Below are positions 11,842-23,990 of a DNA stretch of 64,000 bases, one piece after another; positions within the stretch are counted from its first letter, which is position 1; the number at the start of each line of letters is the position of its first letter. A program made the translations under genes and the position numbers. Below the pieces are notes generated by a model. It did no database searches and was not told the DNA's origin. It saw only the letters and a program-made list of their open reading frames with translations. This stretch comes from an uncultured Verrucomicrobiae bacterium (lineage in GTDB: Bacteria > Verrucomicrobiota > Verrucomicrobiia > Chthoniobacterales > Chthoniobacteraceae), in the NCBI GenBank assembly GCA_963769025.1, contig CAVYKI010000004.1:64001-128000 (forward strand), in the 5' to 3' direction.

Positions 11842-13103
11842 GCAAGCGCCTCGTCATCATCGGCGGCGGCGTCATCGGACTCTGCACGGCATACTACGCG
11901 GCAAAGCGCGGGCATCGTGTCACGGTGCTCGAACGTCTGCCGCAGGAACGCGGCGGTTGCTCTTTTGGAAATGCCGGAATGGTCGTGCCCAGCCATTTCA
12001 TCCCGCTCGCAGCGCCGGGAACGGTCGCGCTTGCTCTCCGATGGATGTGGAATCCAGAGTCGCCGCTCTACATCAAGCCGCGTTTCGATTGGGAGCTTTT
12101 CTCGTGGGGCCTGAAATTCCTGCGCGCCTCGACACGCGCGCATGTGCAGCGCGCGGCACCTGTCATCCGCGACCTTTCGTTTGCGAGCCGCGCGTGCTTC
12201 GGCGAACTCGCGGAGACGCTTGACTTTGGCCTCGCAAAAAAGGGGCTCATGATGCTCTGCAAGACACAGCATGCGCTCGACGAGGAGGCAAAGATTGCCG
12301 CGCTCGCCAATGAACTCGGTGTCCCGGCGGAAGTCCTCGATGCGAAGGCTGCCGCGGCTCTCGAGCCGGGCGTGACGATGAATGTCGCGGGAGGTGTCTA
12401 TTTCCCGAAGGACTGCCACCTCTCACCGGGTCGGCTGATGGCTGCGCTGCAGCGCGAACTGGAAGACGTCGGCGTGGAGTTTTGTTTTGAAAGCGCCGTC
12501 ACCGGCTGGAGGACGAATGGCAGACGTATCGAGGCGGTGACCACGAACGCGGGAGACTTTGCAGCTGATGAATTCGTCCTCTGCGGCGGCGCGTGGTCGC
12601 CGTCGGTCGCGCGAGATTTGCTCGTCCGGCTGCCGATGCAGGCGGGGAAGGGGTACTCGCTCACGCTCACGCGGCCGCGGCAGATCCCGGAGATATGCGC
12701 GATATTTTCCGAGGCGCGCATCGCGGTCACGCCGATGGCTGGAGCGAATGCGGAGAACGCGACGTTGCGCTTTGGCGGGACGATGGAGATCGCGGGGCTC
12801 GACGAAGGCATCAACGCGCGCCGCGTGCAGGGAATCATCAATGCGGTGCCGCGCTACTATCCCGATTTCACGGGCGAAGACTTCGCAGGCGTCCAGCCGT
12901 GGAGCGGCCTGCGGCCCTGCTCCCCGGATGGGCTGCCGTACGTCGGGCGTTTCGCGGCTTACGACAATCTCTCGACGGCGACCGGCCACGCGATGATGGG
13001 GCTGAGCCTCGGCCCCGTGACCGGGAGGCTGATGGCCGAGGTCTTGTCCGGCGAGAGTCCGTCGCTCGATATCGCGCTGCTCTCGCCGGATCGCTTTGCG
13101 TGA
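11838..13103 (+). CDS. FAD-dependent D-amino acid dehydrogenase (probable D-hydroxyproline dehydrogenase)
   Basis: 'IIGGGVIG', 'SFGNAG', '[13 protein letters not shown]', '[11 protein letters not shown]'; GTG overlaps epimerase stop. Confidence 0.85.
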   Translation: MSKRLVIIGGGVIGLCTAYYAAKRGHRVTVLERLPQERGGCSFGNAGMVVPSHFIPLAAPGTVALALRWMWNPESPLYIKPRFDWELFSWGLKFLRASTRAHVQRAAPVIRDLSFASRACFGELAETLDFGLAKKGLMMLCKTQHALDEEAKIAALANELGVPAEVLDAKAAAALEPGVTMNVAGGVYFPKDCHLSPGRLMAALQRELEDVGVEFCFESAVTGWRTNGRRIEAVTTNAGDFAADEFVLCGGAWSPSVARDLLVRLPMQAGKGYSLTLTRPRQIPEICAIFSEARIAVTPMAGANAENATLRFGGTMEIAGLDEGINARRVQGIINAVPRYYPDFTGEDFAGVQPWSGLRPCSPDGLPYVGRFAAYDNLSTATGHAMMGLSLGPVTGRLMAEVLSGESPSLDIALLSPDRFA

Positions 13104-13114
13104 GCGTGCGTGCG

Positions 13115-13795
13115 CTACAGTCCGAAAGCCCGGAGCGTCGCCGGCAGGTCGCCGAGGTCGTCGAGCAGGACGTCCGGAGTGTGCGGAGCGAGCTTTTCCC
13201 TGCGGAAAATCCCGGTGGCGACCGCGACGACACGGGCTCCGATTGCCCGGGCGCATGAGATGTCGTGAGGCGTGTCGCCGATCACGAACGTCCGCGAAAG
13301 GTCGCACGTGTGGCCGCGCTCGCGGGCGCGGGCGAGTGCGAACGGGCCGAGTTCGTCGCGCAGGTGATGGTCGTCGGCGTATGCGCCGAATTCAAAATAC
13401 TGCCACACGCGGTAGTGGGAGAGTTTGTGCTCGGCACCGCGCGCGACATTGCCGGTCAGCAGCGCGAGCACCACGTCCGTGCGCTGGCGCAGCAGCGGCA
13501 GCAGAGTTTCCACCCCTGGGAGCAGGCGGCCCTGCGCCTCCGGAAGCAGAACCGGGAGGTGGCGCAGATAGTTTCCGAGGAGCGCGGCAATTTCCGCATC
13601 CGTTTCCGGGCGGCCGTATTTGCGGAGCAGTTGACGCGCGATGCCGGTGTCCGTACGGCCCGCGATTTCGATTTCGCGCAGGTCATCCTCGACGCCGAAA
13701 GTGTCGTGCGCAGCCATCCGCAGGGCGCGTTCGCCGCAGCCGCCCGTCGTGAGCAGCGTGCCGTCGATGTCAAAAAGGAGCAGGGTCTTTTCCAA
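13115..13795 (-). CDS. HAD-family hydrolase
   Basis: 'LLFDIDGTL', 'LLTGN', 'VIGDTPHDI'. Confidence 0.9.
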   Translation of the reverse strand: MEKTLLLFDIDGTLLTTGGCGERALRMAAHDTFGVEDDLREIEIAGRTDTGIARQLLRKYGRPETDAEIAALLGNYLRHLPVLLPEAQGRLLPGVETLLPLLRQRTDVVLALLTGNVARGAEHKLSHYRVWQYFEFGAYADDHHLRDELGPFALARARERGHTCDLSRTFVIGDTPHDISCARAIGARVVAVATGIFRREKLAPHTPDVLLDDLGDLPATLRAFGL

Positions 13796-13884
13796 GGCGC
13801 GTGGTTGTCGGAGCGGCGGGCCGCTTCGTCAAGGCGCGAGCGGATGCCTTGCGCGAACTGCCGCGCGTGGCGATAACGTGGCGC

Positions 13885-16476
13885 ATGAGCCGAATCCCCC
13901 TCGCACTCCTCGCGACCAGTCTCGTCGCATTTGCTGAAACACCGCGAACAACGTCCCCGCCGCCGGCGGTCGCCGGGCCGGAAATCCCCGGCCCGCAGGC
14001 CGACGGCACCGTGCTGCTTCCGAACCAATGGTCGCTGCGCCCGGCGGGGAAGCAGATTGTCGTCGGCGATTTCCCGGCGAGCATGGCGATGCATCCCGAG
14101 GGGAAATTCGCGGCGATACTGCACTGCGGTTACGGGCAGCATGAGATCCAGATCCTCGACACGGCGGCGGGAAAAATCATGTCGCGCGTGAATGTCGCGG
14201 AGGCGTTTTATGGCATCGCGTTCTCGCCCGATGGATCGCGGGTGATTTGCAGCGGCTCGGGGGACGAGGTGCTGCATGTGTTCAAATTCAAGGACGGCTA
14301 TCTTGGCGAGCCGACCTCGATCACCCTCCGGCCGAAAGCGGAGCGCGGAGTGCCGTGCGGGCTCGCAGTGTCGGCGGATGGCGCGACGATTTACGTCGCG
14401 AATGTGTGGGGGCAGACGGTGAGCCGCGTGCGGATTCCCGCGGGTGGCGGTGCGGCGGAGGTCACCGAGCTTGCGCTGGCTGCACCCGGCGTGATCGGCA
14501 AGGTCGCGCCGCGCGTGGGCGCTCCGACGGATGACCCGAGCATCACCAAGCGGGCCGAGGCGATCCTGGACACGACCGGGACAGATGCGCCTTTCCCGTA
14601 CGCGTGTGTGCTCGATGAGAAGCGCGGGCGGCTTTACGTGAGCCTTTGGGCGCAGGCGCATGTCGCCGTCATTGATTTGAAGGAGTGGAAGGAAATCGCG
14701 CGCTGGAATGCGGAGGAACACCCGAATGAAATGGTGCTCTCGAAGGGCGGTTCGCATCTCTTTGTCGCGAATGCGAACCGGAATTCCGTCTCGGTGATTG
14801 ATGTCGAGACCGGCAGGACGGTCGAGACGCTCGTCGCGGAACTCACGCCGAATGCGCCGCCGGGCAACACGCCGAACTCGCTCGCGATTTCACCGGATGG
14901 TGAGCGGCTGTTCGTCGCGAATGCGAACATCAACACCGTCGCGGTGTTTGAAATCGAGAAGCCCGGCCACTCGCGTTCGCTCGGGTTCATCCCGAGCGGC
15001 TGGTATCCCACGAGCGTGCGCGTCGTGAAGGACGGGAAACTTCTCATCGCAAATGGCAAGGGCATGGTGAGCCGCTCGAACCGCCACCTCACGCAGCCCG
15101 GCAGGAAGAGTCCGCCGGCGGGCGTGACGGAATACATCGGCGGCATTTTGCAGGGCACCCTGAGCATCGTTCCGCTGCCGGAAGGCGAGGAGCAATTTGC
15201 GACCGAACTGAAAAAGCTGAGCGCGGTCGCGTATTCCTGCATGCCGAAGGCAGCGTCGCGCATTGATGAAGCGGCGCTGAAGGGGAATCCGATCCCGCGG
15301 AAGGTCGGCGATCCGTCGCCGATCCGATATGTGATCTACATCGTGAAGGAGAACCGCACCTATGACCAGGTGCTCGGCGATCTCGGGCGCGGGAATGGCG
15401 ATCCGTCGCTCTGCATTTTCGGCGAGGACGTGACGCCGAACCACCACGCGCTGGCCCGCGACTTCGTGACGCTGGACAATTTCTACGTCGAGAGCGAGGT
15501 GAGCGCGGACGGGCACGAGTGGAGCATGGGGGCGTACGCGACGGACTTCGTCGAGAAGACGTGGCCGCTGAGCTACGGGCATGGGTCGAAGAAATTTCCC
15601 TATCCGAGCGAGGGCGTGTTCCCCATTGCCGTGCCGGCCGGCGGATACCTGTGGGACCGCGCGGCGGAGGCGGGTGTGAGCTACCGGAGCTATGGGGAAT
15701 TCACGACGAGCCCCACGGCGAAGGGCCCCGGCAAGGCGAAGGTGAAGGCGCTTGAGGGGCACTTCGATCCCGAGTATCACACGTTCGACATGAACTATCC
15801 GGATGTGAAGCGCGCCGAGCGGTTCATCTCGGAACTGCAGCGTTTTGAAAGGGAGGGCGAGATGCCGCGGCTGCAGATCGTGCGTCTGCCGAACGATCAC
15901 ACGAGCGGAGCGAGCCCCGGCAAGCCGACGCCGACCGCGCACGTCGCGGACAATGACCTGGCGTTTGGGATGCTCGTCGAGGCGGTGAGCAAGTCGAAGT
16001 TCTGGGCGAAGACGGCGATTTTTGTCGTGGAGGATGACGCGCAGAACGGGCCGGACCATGTGGACGCACATCGCACTGTGGCCTATGCGATTTCGCCCTA
16101 CACCCGCCGCGGCGTCGTGGATAGCACGCTGTATTCGACGGCTTCGATGCTGCGGACGATGGAACTGATCCTCGGGCTGAAGCCGATGTCGCAGTTCGAC
16201 GCTCTGGCGATGCCGATGTTCGCGAGCTTCCAGGAAAAGCCGGACCTCCGCCCCTACGAGCGCAAGATGCCGAAGGCGGACCTCAGCGAGATCACCAAGA
16301 AGACTGCGTGGGGCGTGAAGGAGACGAGCACGATGGACCTGTCGAAGGAGGATGCCGCGGATGACTTGCTGCTGAACGAAGTCATCTGGCGGAACGTGCG
16401 CGGTGCGGACAGCCCGATGCCTTCGCCGGTGCGTCGGGCGTGGGTGCTGGCGGGGGATGCGGACGATCCGAAATAG
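13885..16476 (+). CDS. Secreted YVTN/YncE beta-propeller plus phosphoesterase (alkaline phosphatase-like) protein
   Basis: Signal peptide, repeats 'LFVANAN.N.V.V', 'YIVKENRTYDQVLGD', 'EDDAQNGPDHVDAHR'. Confidence 0.88.
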   Translation: MSRIPLALLATSLVAFAETPRTTSPPPAVAGPEIPGPQADGTVLLPNQWSLRPAGKQIVVGDFPASMAMHPEGKFAAILHCGYGQHEIQILDTAAGKIMSRVNVAEAFYGIAFSPDGSRVICSGSGDEVLHVFKFKDGYLGEPTSITLRPKAERGVPCGLAVSADGATIYVANVWGQTVSRVRIPAGGGAAEVTELALAAPGVIGKVAPRVGAPTDDPSITKRAEAILDTTGTDAPFPYACVLDEKRGRLYVSLWAQAHVAVIDLKEWKEIARWNAEEHPNEMVLSKGGSHLFVANANRNSVSVIDVETGRTVETLVAELTPNAPPGNTPNSLAISPDGERLFVANANINTVAVFEIEKPGHSRSLGFIPSGWYPTSVRVVKDGKLLIANGKGMVSRSNRHLTQPGRKSPPAGVTEYIGGILQGTLSIVPLPEGEEQFATELKKLSAVAYSCMPKAASRIDEAALKGNPIPRKVGDPSPIRYVIYIVKENRTYDQVLGDLGRGNGDPSLCIFGEDVTPNHHALARDFVTLDNFYVESEVSADGHEWSMGAYATDFVEKTWPLSYGHGSKKFPYPSEGVFPIAVPAGGYLWDRAAEAGVSYRSYGEFTTSPTAKGPGKAKVKALEGHFDPEYHTFDMNYPDVKRAERFISELQRFEREGEMPRLQIVRLPNDHTSGASPGKPTPTAHVADNDLAFGMLVEAVSKSKFWAKTAIFVVEDDAQNGPDHVDAHRTVAYAISPYTRRGVVDSTLYSTASMLRTMELILGLKPMSQFDALAMPMFASFQEKPDLRPYERKMPKADLSEITKKTAWGVKETSTMDLSKEDAADDLLLNEVIWRNVRGADSPMPSPVRRAWVLAGDADDPK

Positions 16477-16527
16477 GGCGCGTCAAAGACCGACCGCAGC
16501 CGCGCGTTTCAGATCGCGGTCACGACT

Positions 16528-18984
16528 TCAGGCCGGGATGACGGGCTTCTCACTCTTGACCTTCACCTCGGTGCGGAGGTTGCGGCCGCCGCGGCCGCTC
16601 CACCAGAGCACGATGGGGGCCGCGATGTAGATGGAGGAGAAGGTGCCGACTACCACGCCAATGAAGATGGTGAAGGCGAAGTCGTTCAACACCGGGCCGC
16701 CCAGGAAATAGAGGGCGGCGAGCGCGAGGAGCGTCGTGCCGCCGGTGAGGATGGTGCGGCTCAGCGTGTCGTTGATGCTGCGGTTCATGATCTGCATGAT
16801 GCTCCCGCTTTCACCGTTTCGGATGCCTTCACGGATGCGGTCAAAGACGACAATGCTGTCGCTCACGGAATAGCCGGCGACCGTGAGCACTGCGCCGACA
16901 AAGATGAGCGAGATCTCGTGCCCGGTGAGGGAGAAGATCCCGACGGTGATGAGAACGTCGTGGATCACTGCGACGAGAGCCGAGATGGCGAAGGATACCT
17001 CGAACCGTAAGGCGACGTAGATCATGATCCCCAAGAGGCCGAGGCCGAGCGCGATGAGCGAGCTGTGCATGAGTTCGTCTCCGACGACGCTGCCGACCTT
17101 CTCGGTGGCCTCGGTGCGGAATTTCGCCTCGGGGAATTTTGCCTTCAGGTGGGATTCCACCGTCTGGCCGGTGTCGATGGGCGAACGGACGGTGAGGAAC
17201 TCGGCGGTCGCGGATTTTTCCGTCTGCACCACGCTGTCGGCAAGCTTCAGCTCGTCGAGCGCTTCGCGGACCTTAGAGTCGCTGACCTTGGGACCCTGTG
17301 CCTCAAGCACGAGGCGGTCGCCGCCGCGGAAGTCCACACCGAAATTCGAAGCTCCCCTCATCGCGAAACCCACCGACAGGGCGGCGATGAGGATGACCGA
17401 GGCAGAAATGGCCACCCGGCGCTGACCCATGAAGTTGACATTCGTCTTCCCGATGAGGTCCGCCATGGTGATCTTCTTCAGGATGTTGAAGTGGAACATC
17501 CAGAGGAACAGATTGCGCGTGATGACGAGCGCGGTGAACATCGAGGCCACGATGCCGATGGTGAGCGTGACGGCGAATCCCTTCACCGGACCGGTGGCCT
17601 GCCAGTAGAGGATGGCGGCGGTGACCAGGGTGGTCACGTGCGAATCGAAGATGGCGGAGAATGCCTTGCTGTAGGAGGTGTCGAGGGCGGCCTTGAGCGA
17701 CTTCCCGGCGGCGATTTCAGTGCGGAGGCGCTCATAGATGAGCACATTGGCGTCGATCGCCATGCCGAGGGTGAGGATGGTGCCGGCGATGCCCGGCAGG
17801 GTGAGCACGGCGCCGAACATGGCGAGGATGCTGAAGAGCAGCAGACCCTCGATGGCCAGCGCGATGAGGGCCACGAGGCCGGCCAGCCGGTAATAGAAGA
17901 GCACGGCCACCCAGATGAGCAGCATGCCCACCACGCCGGACCAGATGCCGCTGGAGATTGAATCCGCGCCGAGCGATGCGGACGCGCTGCGCTCCTCCTC
18001 GATCTTCACCGGGTTTTGCAGCGGGTTCAGCAGCGAACTGGCGAGTCCGCGTGCTTCCGCCTCGGTGAATTTGCCGGTGATGCGGCAGCCGCCGCCGGCG
18101 ATGCCGCCATGCACCTGCGTGGTGGGGGCGGAGATGATCTTGTTGTCCAGCACGATGGCAAAGCGATCCGTGCCGACGCGCATGGCCCGCGTGAGTTCGA
18201 AAAATTTGTCTCCCGCCTCCTTGTCGAACTGGATGCTGATGAACCAGCCCTCGAGATCGTAGCCCGCGTATGCGGACTTGATGTGATCGCCCGTGATGTC
18301 GGGCACGCGATGGACGAGCAGCTTGCGCTCCGCAGCCTCGGGATCCTTATCCGCCTTGAACGGCAGAACCGTCCACGTTGGATCGAGAATCCTCTGCTTT
18401 GCCTCAATGGCGGGCAGCAGGGCGCTGCTTTCTGGATGCACCATCCGGAAGTCCAGCTTTGCCACCTCCTGGAGCTGCTTGCGCGTGTCTTCGAGTTGCT
18501 CGGGTGCAAGACCGGGAATCTGCACGAGCACCCGGTCGCCTCCGGACGGCGTGATGACCGGCTCGCCTGTGCCCATCTTGTCCACGCGGGTCCGGATCAC
18601 CTCGACGGCCTGATCGAGCGCCTCACGAGTGACGGGCCGCTTTTCCCCCGTGATCGGGTCCTCGGCAGGCTGAATCCGGATCAGGAAAGTGGTGCCGCCC
18701 TTCAGGTCGATGCCGAGCGGAATCCGACCCTTCTTTTCGATCTTCTCCCTCCCGGTCTCGGGATCGATGATGACCTGGCCGGTCACGGGATCCTTTGCGA
18801 TCACGTCGAACGGCGGATAAACGAAGACCACACCAATCGTGACAGCGAGGACGGTCAGCAACGTCCCGAGGATGCGCTTTGCCCTCTCCCCATCGGTGAT
18901 GAGATAGGCCAAGCAGAGGATTAGCAGTACGAGGCCGTAGGCGAACGTCGCGTACGGATGGGTGAGGGATTCGAGGAACTTCAT
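16528..18984 (-). CDS. secDF: Protein translocase SecDF fusion
   Basis: 'LGIDLKGG', 'GMAIDANVLIYER', 'FGVDFRGG', 'GYSVSDSIVVFDRIRE', 'TLSRTILT'. Confidence 0.97.
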   Translation of the reverse strand: MKFLESLTHPYATFAYGLVLLILCLAYLITDGERAKRILGTLLTVLAVTIGVVFVYPPFDVIAKDPVTGQVIIDPETGREKIEKKGRIPLGIDLKGGTTFLIRIQPAEDPITGEKRPVTREALDQAVEVIRTRVDKMGTGEPVITPSGGDRVLVQIPGLAPEQLEDTRKQLQEVAKLDFRMVHPESSALLPAIEAKQRILDPTWTVLPFKADKDPEAAERKLLVHRVPDITGDHIKSAYAGYDLEGWFISIQFDKEAGDKFFELTRAMRVGTDRFAIVLDNKIISAPTTQVHGGIAGGGCRITGKFTEAEARGLASSLLNPLQNPVKIEEERSASASLGADSISSGIWSGVVGMLLIWVAVLFYYRLAGLVALIALAIEGLLLFSILAMFGAVLTLPGIAGTILTLGMAIDANVLIYERLRTEIAAGKSLKAALDTSYSKAFSAIFDSHVTTLVTAAILYWQATGPVKGFAVTLTIGIVASMFTALVITRNLFLWMFHFNILKKITMADLIGKTNVNFMGQRRVAISASVILIAALSVGFAMRGASNFGVDFRGGDRLVLEAQGPKVSDSKVREALDELKLADSVVQTEKSATAEFLTVRSPIDTGQTVESHLKAKFPEAKFRTEATEKVGSVVGDELMHSSLIALGLGLLGIMIYVALRFEVSFAISALVAVIHDVLITVGIFSLTGHEISLIFVGAVLTVAGYSVSDSIVVFDRIREGIRNGESGSIMQIMNRSINDTLSRTILTGGTTLLALAALYFLGGPVLNDFAFTIFIGVVVGTFSSIYIAAPIVLWWSGRGGRNLRTEVKVKSEKPVIPA

Positions 18985-19002
18985 GGCAGGGGTCGGGGAA
19001 AA

Positions 19003-19344
19003 TCAGGCTGCGGGAGCCGCTTCCTTCGGGAGGACGACGACGACGGACGCCTTGTCCACGGTCAGTTTGCAATTGTCATCCACCTTCAGCACCAGCGTCG
19101 GGCCGTCCTTCACATTCGTCACCACGCCGTGGATGCCGCCATTGGTCACCACCCGGTCGCCCGTCTTCAGCCCCGCGATGCGGGCGATCAGTTCCTTCTG
19201 TTTCTTCTGCTGCGGGCGGATCATGAACAGCCACATGATGACCATGATGGCGCCGAACCAGATGAAGGTATTCCACATCTGGAGGCTCGGATCGCCTCCC
19301 GGTGCCGGTGCCTGCGCGAGGATGTGGGTCAGTGGGATATTCAT
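19003..19344 (-). CDS. yajC: Preprotein translocase subunit YajC
   Basis: 'MIRPQQKKQKE', 'LKTGDRVVTNGGIHG'; directly upstream of secDF. Confidence 0.95.
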   Translation of the reverse strand: MNIPLTHILAQAPAPGGDPSLQMWNTFIWFGAIMVIMWLFMIRPQQKKQKELIARIAGLKTGDRVVTNGGIHGVVTNVKDGPTLVLKVDDNCKLTVDKASVVVVLPKEAAPAA

Positions 19345-19502
19345 AGAGTAAAAAAGGGCGCACAGGCTATGCGGCTCGCGGTGATTGTCCAAGGTTTTCC
19401 GTGGCCCCGCTCGCCTGCGGACCGTGCGGGAGCATCAATGTCGCCATTCCGGCCCTGGGCGTCGCCTCGGGCGTCGTTCGGAATACGCGATGGCGCCGCC
19501 GA

Positions 19503-20716
19503 TCATTTCCCGGAGTCCTTGCCGTCGGTGAGCCATTCGAGGTTGAAGCGCGCGAGCGTGAGCGCGGCGCCTGCGAAGCCGGGCTGTGTGCCGCGGCCGT
19601 AGAAGCAGAGGATGGTGCCGGCGTGCGTGACGGCGATGTCGCTGTACATGCTCGGGCCGGGCTCGATGGGTTTGTTGACGGTCCACGTCCGGCCTTCGTC
19701 GTAGCTGAGCTTCACGGAGACGTTCTTGCGGTCGCGGTTCTTGCCGGGCTCCTCCTTGCCGTCGGCGCGCGAGAGGTTGTCGGGATTGGAAAAGAGGATG
19801 CGGTTTTTGCCTCCGGTGGCTGCGGTGGAGAAGCGCACGATGCCGGCCATGCAGATGGGTTCGAGCAGCGCATCGTCAAATTTCGGCGTCGCTCCAGCCG
19901 GTCGCGCCGTCCTTGCTCGTCGTGACGAGGCGGCGGTGGGCCTTGGATTCGCTGCGCACGTTCAGCATCACGCGGCCGTCGGCGAGTTCGATGGCGACGG
20001 TTTCATTCGGATTGATCCATTCCTCGGTGCAGGGAATGGCGATGTCGCCGGCGTGCCAGGTCGGCGCCGTGGTCGTCGCTGAAGATGGTCGCGGTGACCG
20101 ACGGGCGGTGCGCATTGCCGCCGGTGCCGGTGGAGAGCCACACGGGAACGACGAGGCGGCCGGTGCGGAGCTGGATGCTGTGGTCGGGGCCGGTCGCGAG
20201 GACCTTCCAGTCGTAGGCGGATCTGAATTTTTCAAACGTGCCGGTGATCTCCACCGGCGCGCTCCAGCTCACGCCGTCGTCGGTGCTGCGCTGGTAGAAT
20301 GCGCGCATGTATTCGAGGCAGAAAAGCATGTGCACCGTGCCGTCGCTGTCGGCGATGAGGACGGGGTTGTTGTACGTCACGTCGTTCGGATCCACGTTTT
20401 TCATCCGCAGCGAGAAGGGATTCTTCGCCTTCGGGCCCGGCACGTCGGCGATGCTCTTTGGTTCGCTCCAGGTCTTGCCGTCATCGGTCGAGCGGCGGAG
20501 CAGGATGCGGATGTCGTCCCAGTCGCCGCCTTTCCTGCGCGCCTCGCACCACGCGAGCACGGTGCCCTTCGCGGTCACGACGATGCCGGGGATGTGGTAG
20601 ATCTTATATGCGGGATTGTCGCCGACCGTGAAGAGGTCGAGCTTTTCGATGAAGGGCTCGGCGGCGGTGGCTGCGACGGCGAGCAGGGCGAGGACGGCGA
20701 TGAGGCGGGATTTCAT
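19503..20716 (-). CDS. Secreted sialidase-like GH33/BNR protein, frameshifted
   Basis: 'YHIPGI', Asp-boxes 'STDDGKTWS', 'STDDGVSWS', 'SDDHG', 'SKDGATGWS', 'SYDEGRTW' across 3 frames. Confidence 0.85.
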
Positions 20717-20847
20717 GGCGGAGCAGCGTGTGCGGACGGTTGGGGTTTTGACTCGGAGACGCAGAGAGGGGATGGAGAGGCAGGCGGAGGAAAGAAGAAA
20801 AATGAGTCCCGCGATGACGAGCGGAAGGGCGTCGCGTTACACGCACT

Positions 20848-20996
20848 GCGCCTTGGACTGCGGCGGCTTGCCGCCGCTTTGTGGTCGGCGAGCCTTGGCG
20901 AACGTGGGGGGGCATCGGGACACACGGGATCGCTCGCCATCTTCTCGGCAAGCCTCGAAGCGGAAAGCGGCGGCAAGCCGCCGCAGTCCAGGGCGC
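20848..20996. repeat. Inverted pair of 33-bp REP-like palindromes
   Basis: GCGCCTTGGACTGCGGCGGCTTGCCGCCGCTTT at 20848-20880 and its reverse complement (1 mismatch) at 20964-20996. Confidence 0.85.
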
Positions 20997-21006
20997 CAGT
21001 CGCGCG

Positions 21007-21771
21007 TCACCACTCGCCGCCGCGCTTGAACTTTGCCTTCGCGTTCTTCCCAAACTGCGCGGCGGCGGCACCGATGCCGCTGAGGATTTCCTGCAAGCTG
21101 AAGCCGGCCGTGTCGCGGGCGGCGGGGATGATGGTGTCGCACTCGTTGGCGTCCATGAATCGCGCGGCATCGAGCAGACCCGCCTGTTCCTCGGGCGCGA
21201 CGACGAGGAAGCCGTGCTTGTCCGCGTGGATCAGATCGCCGGGCGACACCTTGCGGCCAAAGACCTCGACCTCGCAGCCCCAGCGCACCGGATGCGAGAA
21301 CGCGTGCCCCACGCACATCCGCCGGGCGAGCGCCTTGAAGCCGGCGTTGGTCATTTCATCGACGTCGCGAATCGCGCCGTCGGTGATCGTGCCGACGCAG
21401 CCGAGCGCGCGGTGGATGTTGCTGTTCACCTCGCCCCAAAACGCGCCGATCATGCGCGGCTTGTCGAGGTCCTGCACGACGACGATCTTCGGCCCGGGCG
21501 CCATCGCGACGTATTCGCGATACTCGGTCCACGCGTTCGGGTTCGTGTCGCGGTGCGCCTTCTTGCTCGGCTCAAAGACGACGGTGACGGCGTAGCCGAC
21601 CATCGGGCCCATCTGCGGCATGAAGTCGCGCGTCTCCTCGAGATTGAACGCATCGGCGGCGGGGTCGTGTTTGGTGATTTGCTCCCAGCCGTTGTAGATG
21701 GTGGGCGTATTCCAGCGTTTGAGCTGGAGGAGGTCGGCGTGGGAAAGGCGCGCGGGGGTGTCGTTGCTCAT
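21007..21771 (-). CDS. RraA/HMG aldolase family protein
   Basis: 'GPMVGYAVTV', 'AFWGEVNS', 'GTITDGAIRDVDE', 'PGDLIHADKHG'. Confidence 0.85.
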   Translation of the reverse strand: MSNDTPARLSHADLLQLKRWNTPTIYNGWEQITKHDPAADAFNLEETRDFMPQMGPMVGYAVTVVFEPSKKAHRDTNPNAWTEYREYVAMAPGPKIVVVQDLDKPRMIGAFWGEVNSNIHRALGCVGTITDGAIRDVDEMTNAGFKALARRMCVGHAFSHPVRWGCEVEVFGRKVSPGDLIHADKHGFLVVAPEEQAGLLDAARFMDANECDTIIPAARDTAGFSLQEILSGIGAAAAQFGKNAKAKFKRGGEW

Positions 21772-21871
21772 GGCTGCGCGCATTCGTCCACATTTCCACA
21801 GCACCGCACAAGCCGGAGGTCCCGCTGTTTTCACTCCCCGGGTTCCCAATCGGCGGCCTGGCAGCCGGGCC

Positions 21872-22426
21872 TTACTTGGCCTGGAGGGCCTTCAAGGCAT
21901 TGAGCCCGCCGGGGGCGCTCGCAGCGCTCGTGGCGGCTCCGCGGGTCGCCTTGCGAACGGCGTTGTCGAATTCCTTGTCCATCGGATGGCCGCTGAAAAT
22001 GAGCGCGCCGGTCGTGTCGAAAATGAACGCGTGCGGGATGCCGCTGAATTTCACGGGTCCGCTGACGCCGCCGGTAATCGTATAGGCGAGCTGGTTCTTC
22101 TTCACCACCTGCTTCACCTCTTCATCGCTTGCGTTCTGCGAGTGCGCTCCAAAGACGACCATCTTGCTCTTCTCGCGTTTCGCGATGGAATTGATGTGCG
22201 GGAGGCTGGCGATGCACGGGCCGCAGTGCACGCCCCAAGCCTCGATGAGCACGGCCTTACCTGTTGTGTCCGCGAGGCTCGTCTGGGGGCCCGTGATGAA
22301 ACTGCCCAGTTTGAACTCGCTGAGCGTGTGCGGCGGCGCGGAACCCGCGGATTTCTTGGTGTCGGCGGCGATGAGCGCGCCGCATGTGAGCAGGAACGTG
22401 AGTCCGATTCCGGGAAGGGTTTTCAT
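21872..22426 (-). CDS. Exported TlpA-like thioredoxin-fold protein
   Basis: Signal peptide, 'WGVHCGPC', 'GIPHAFIFD..G'. Confidence 0.85.
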   Translation of the reverse strand: MKTLPGIGLTFLLTCGALIAADTKKSAGSAPPHTLSEFKLGSFITGPQTSLADTTGKAVLIEAWGVHCGPCIASLPHINSIAKREKSKMVVFGAHSQNASDEEVKQVVKKNQLAYTITGGVSGPVKFSGIPHAFIFDTTGALIFSGHPMDKEFDNAVRKATRGAATSAASAPGGLNALKALQAK

Positions 22427-22574
22427 GGCGGCAGGGAGGGTGATGCGTCCGCGTACCGGGTTCAAGTCACGATTCCGTGCATCCTGGGCGTGCCCCGCTG
22501 CCCGGCAGTGGTGGCGGAAGCGGGCCGCTCCTCTCGCGGGACGCAGCCCCTCGGAATTCGGATCGTGATTCCCG

Positions 22575-23731
<1,157 letters not shown>

Positions 23732-23990
23732 GGGAGTGGGTGGGTTTTGGGTTTGAGAGGGGCGGGAGTTCAGCAAAGCGCCGCGCGTGTTGCAATCGCC
23801 GAGCGGCATCATTTTGCAGGATTGCGCGGGAGCGCGGGCGGCGGGGGGAAATCTCACGTTTGGCAGGCGAGGCGGGGTTTGCGTGCCGGGGACTCCGTCA
23901 CGAAAATCTCGCGCTGCAGATGAGTGCCGGACAAACCTGCGGCTTCAATGCCGATTTCCGTTTCGACGATCTCCGCACACCACGAACCAC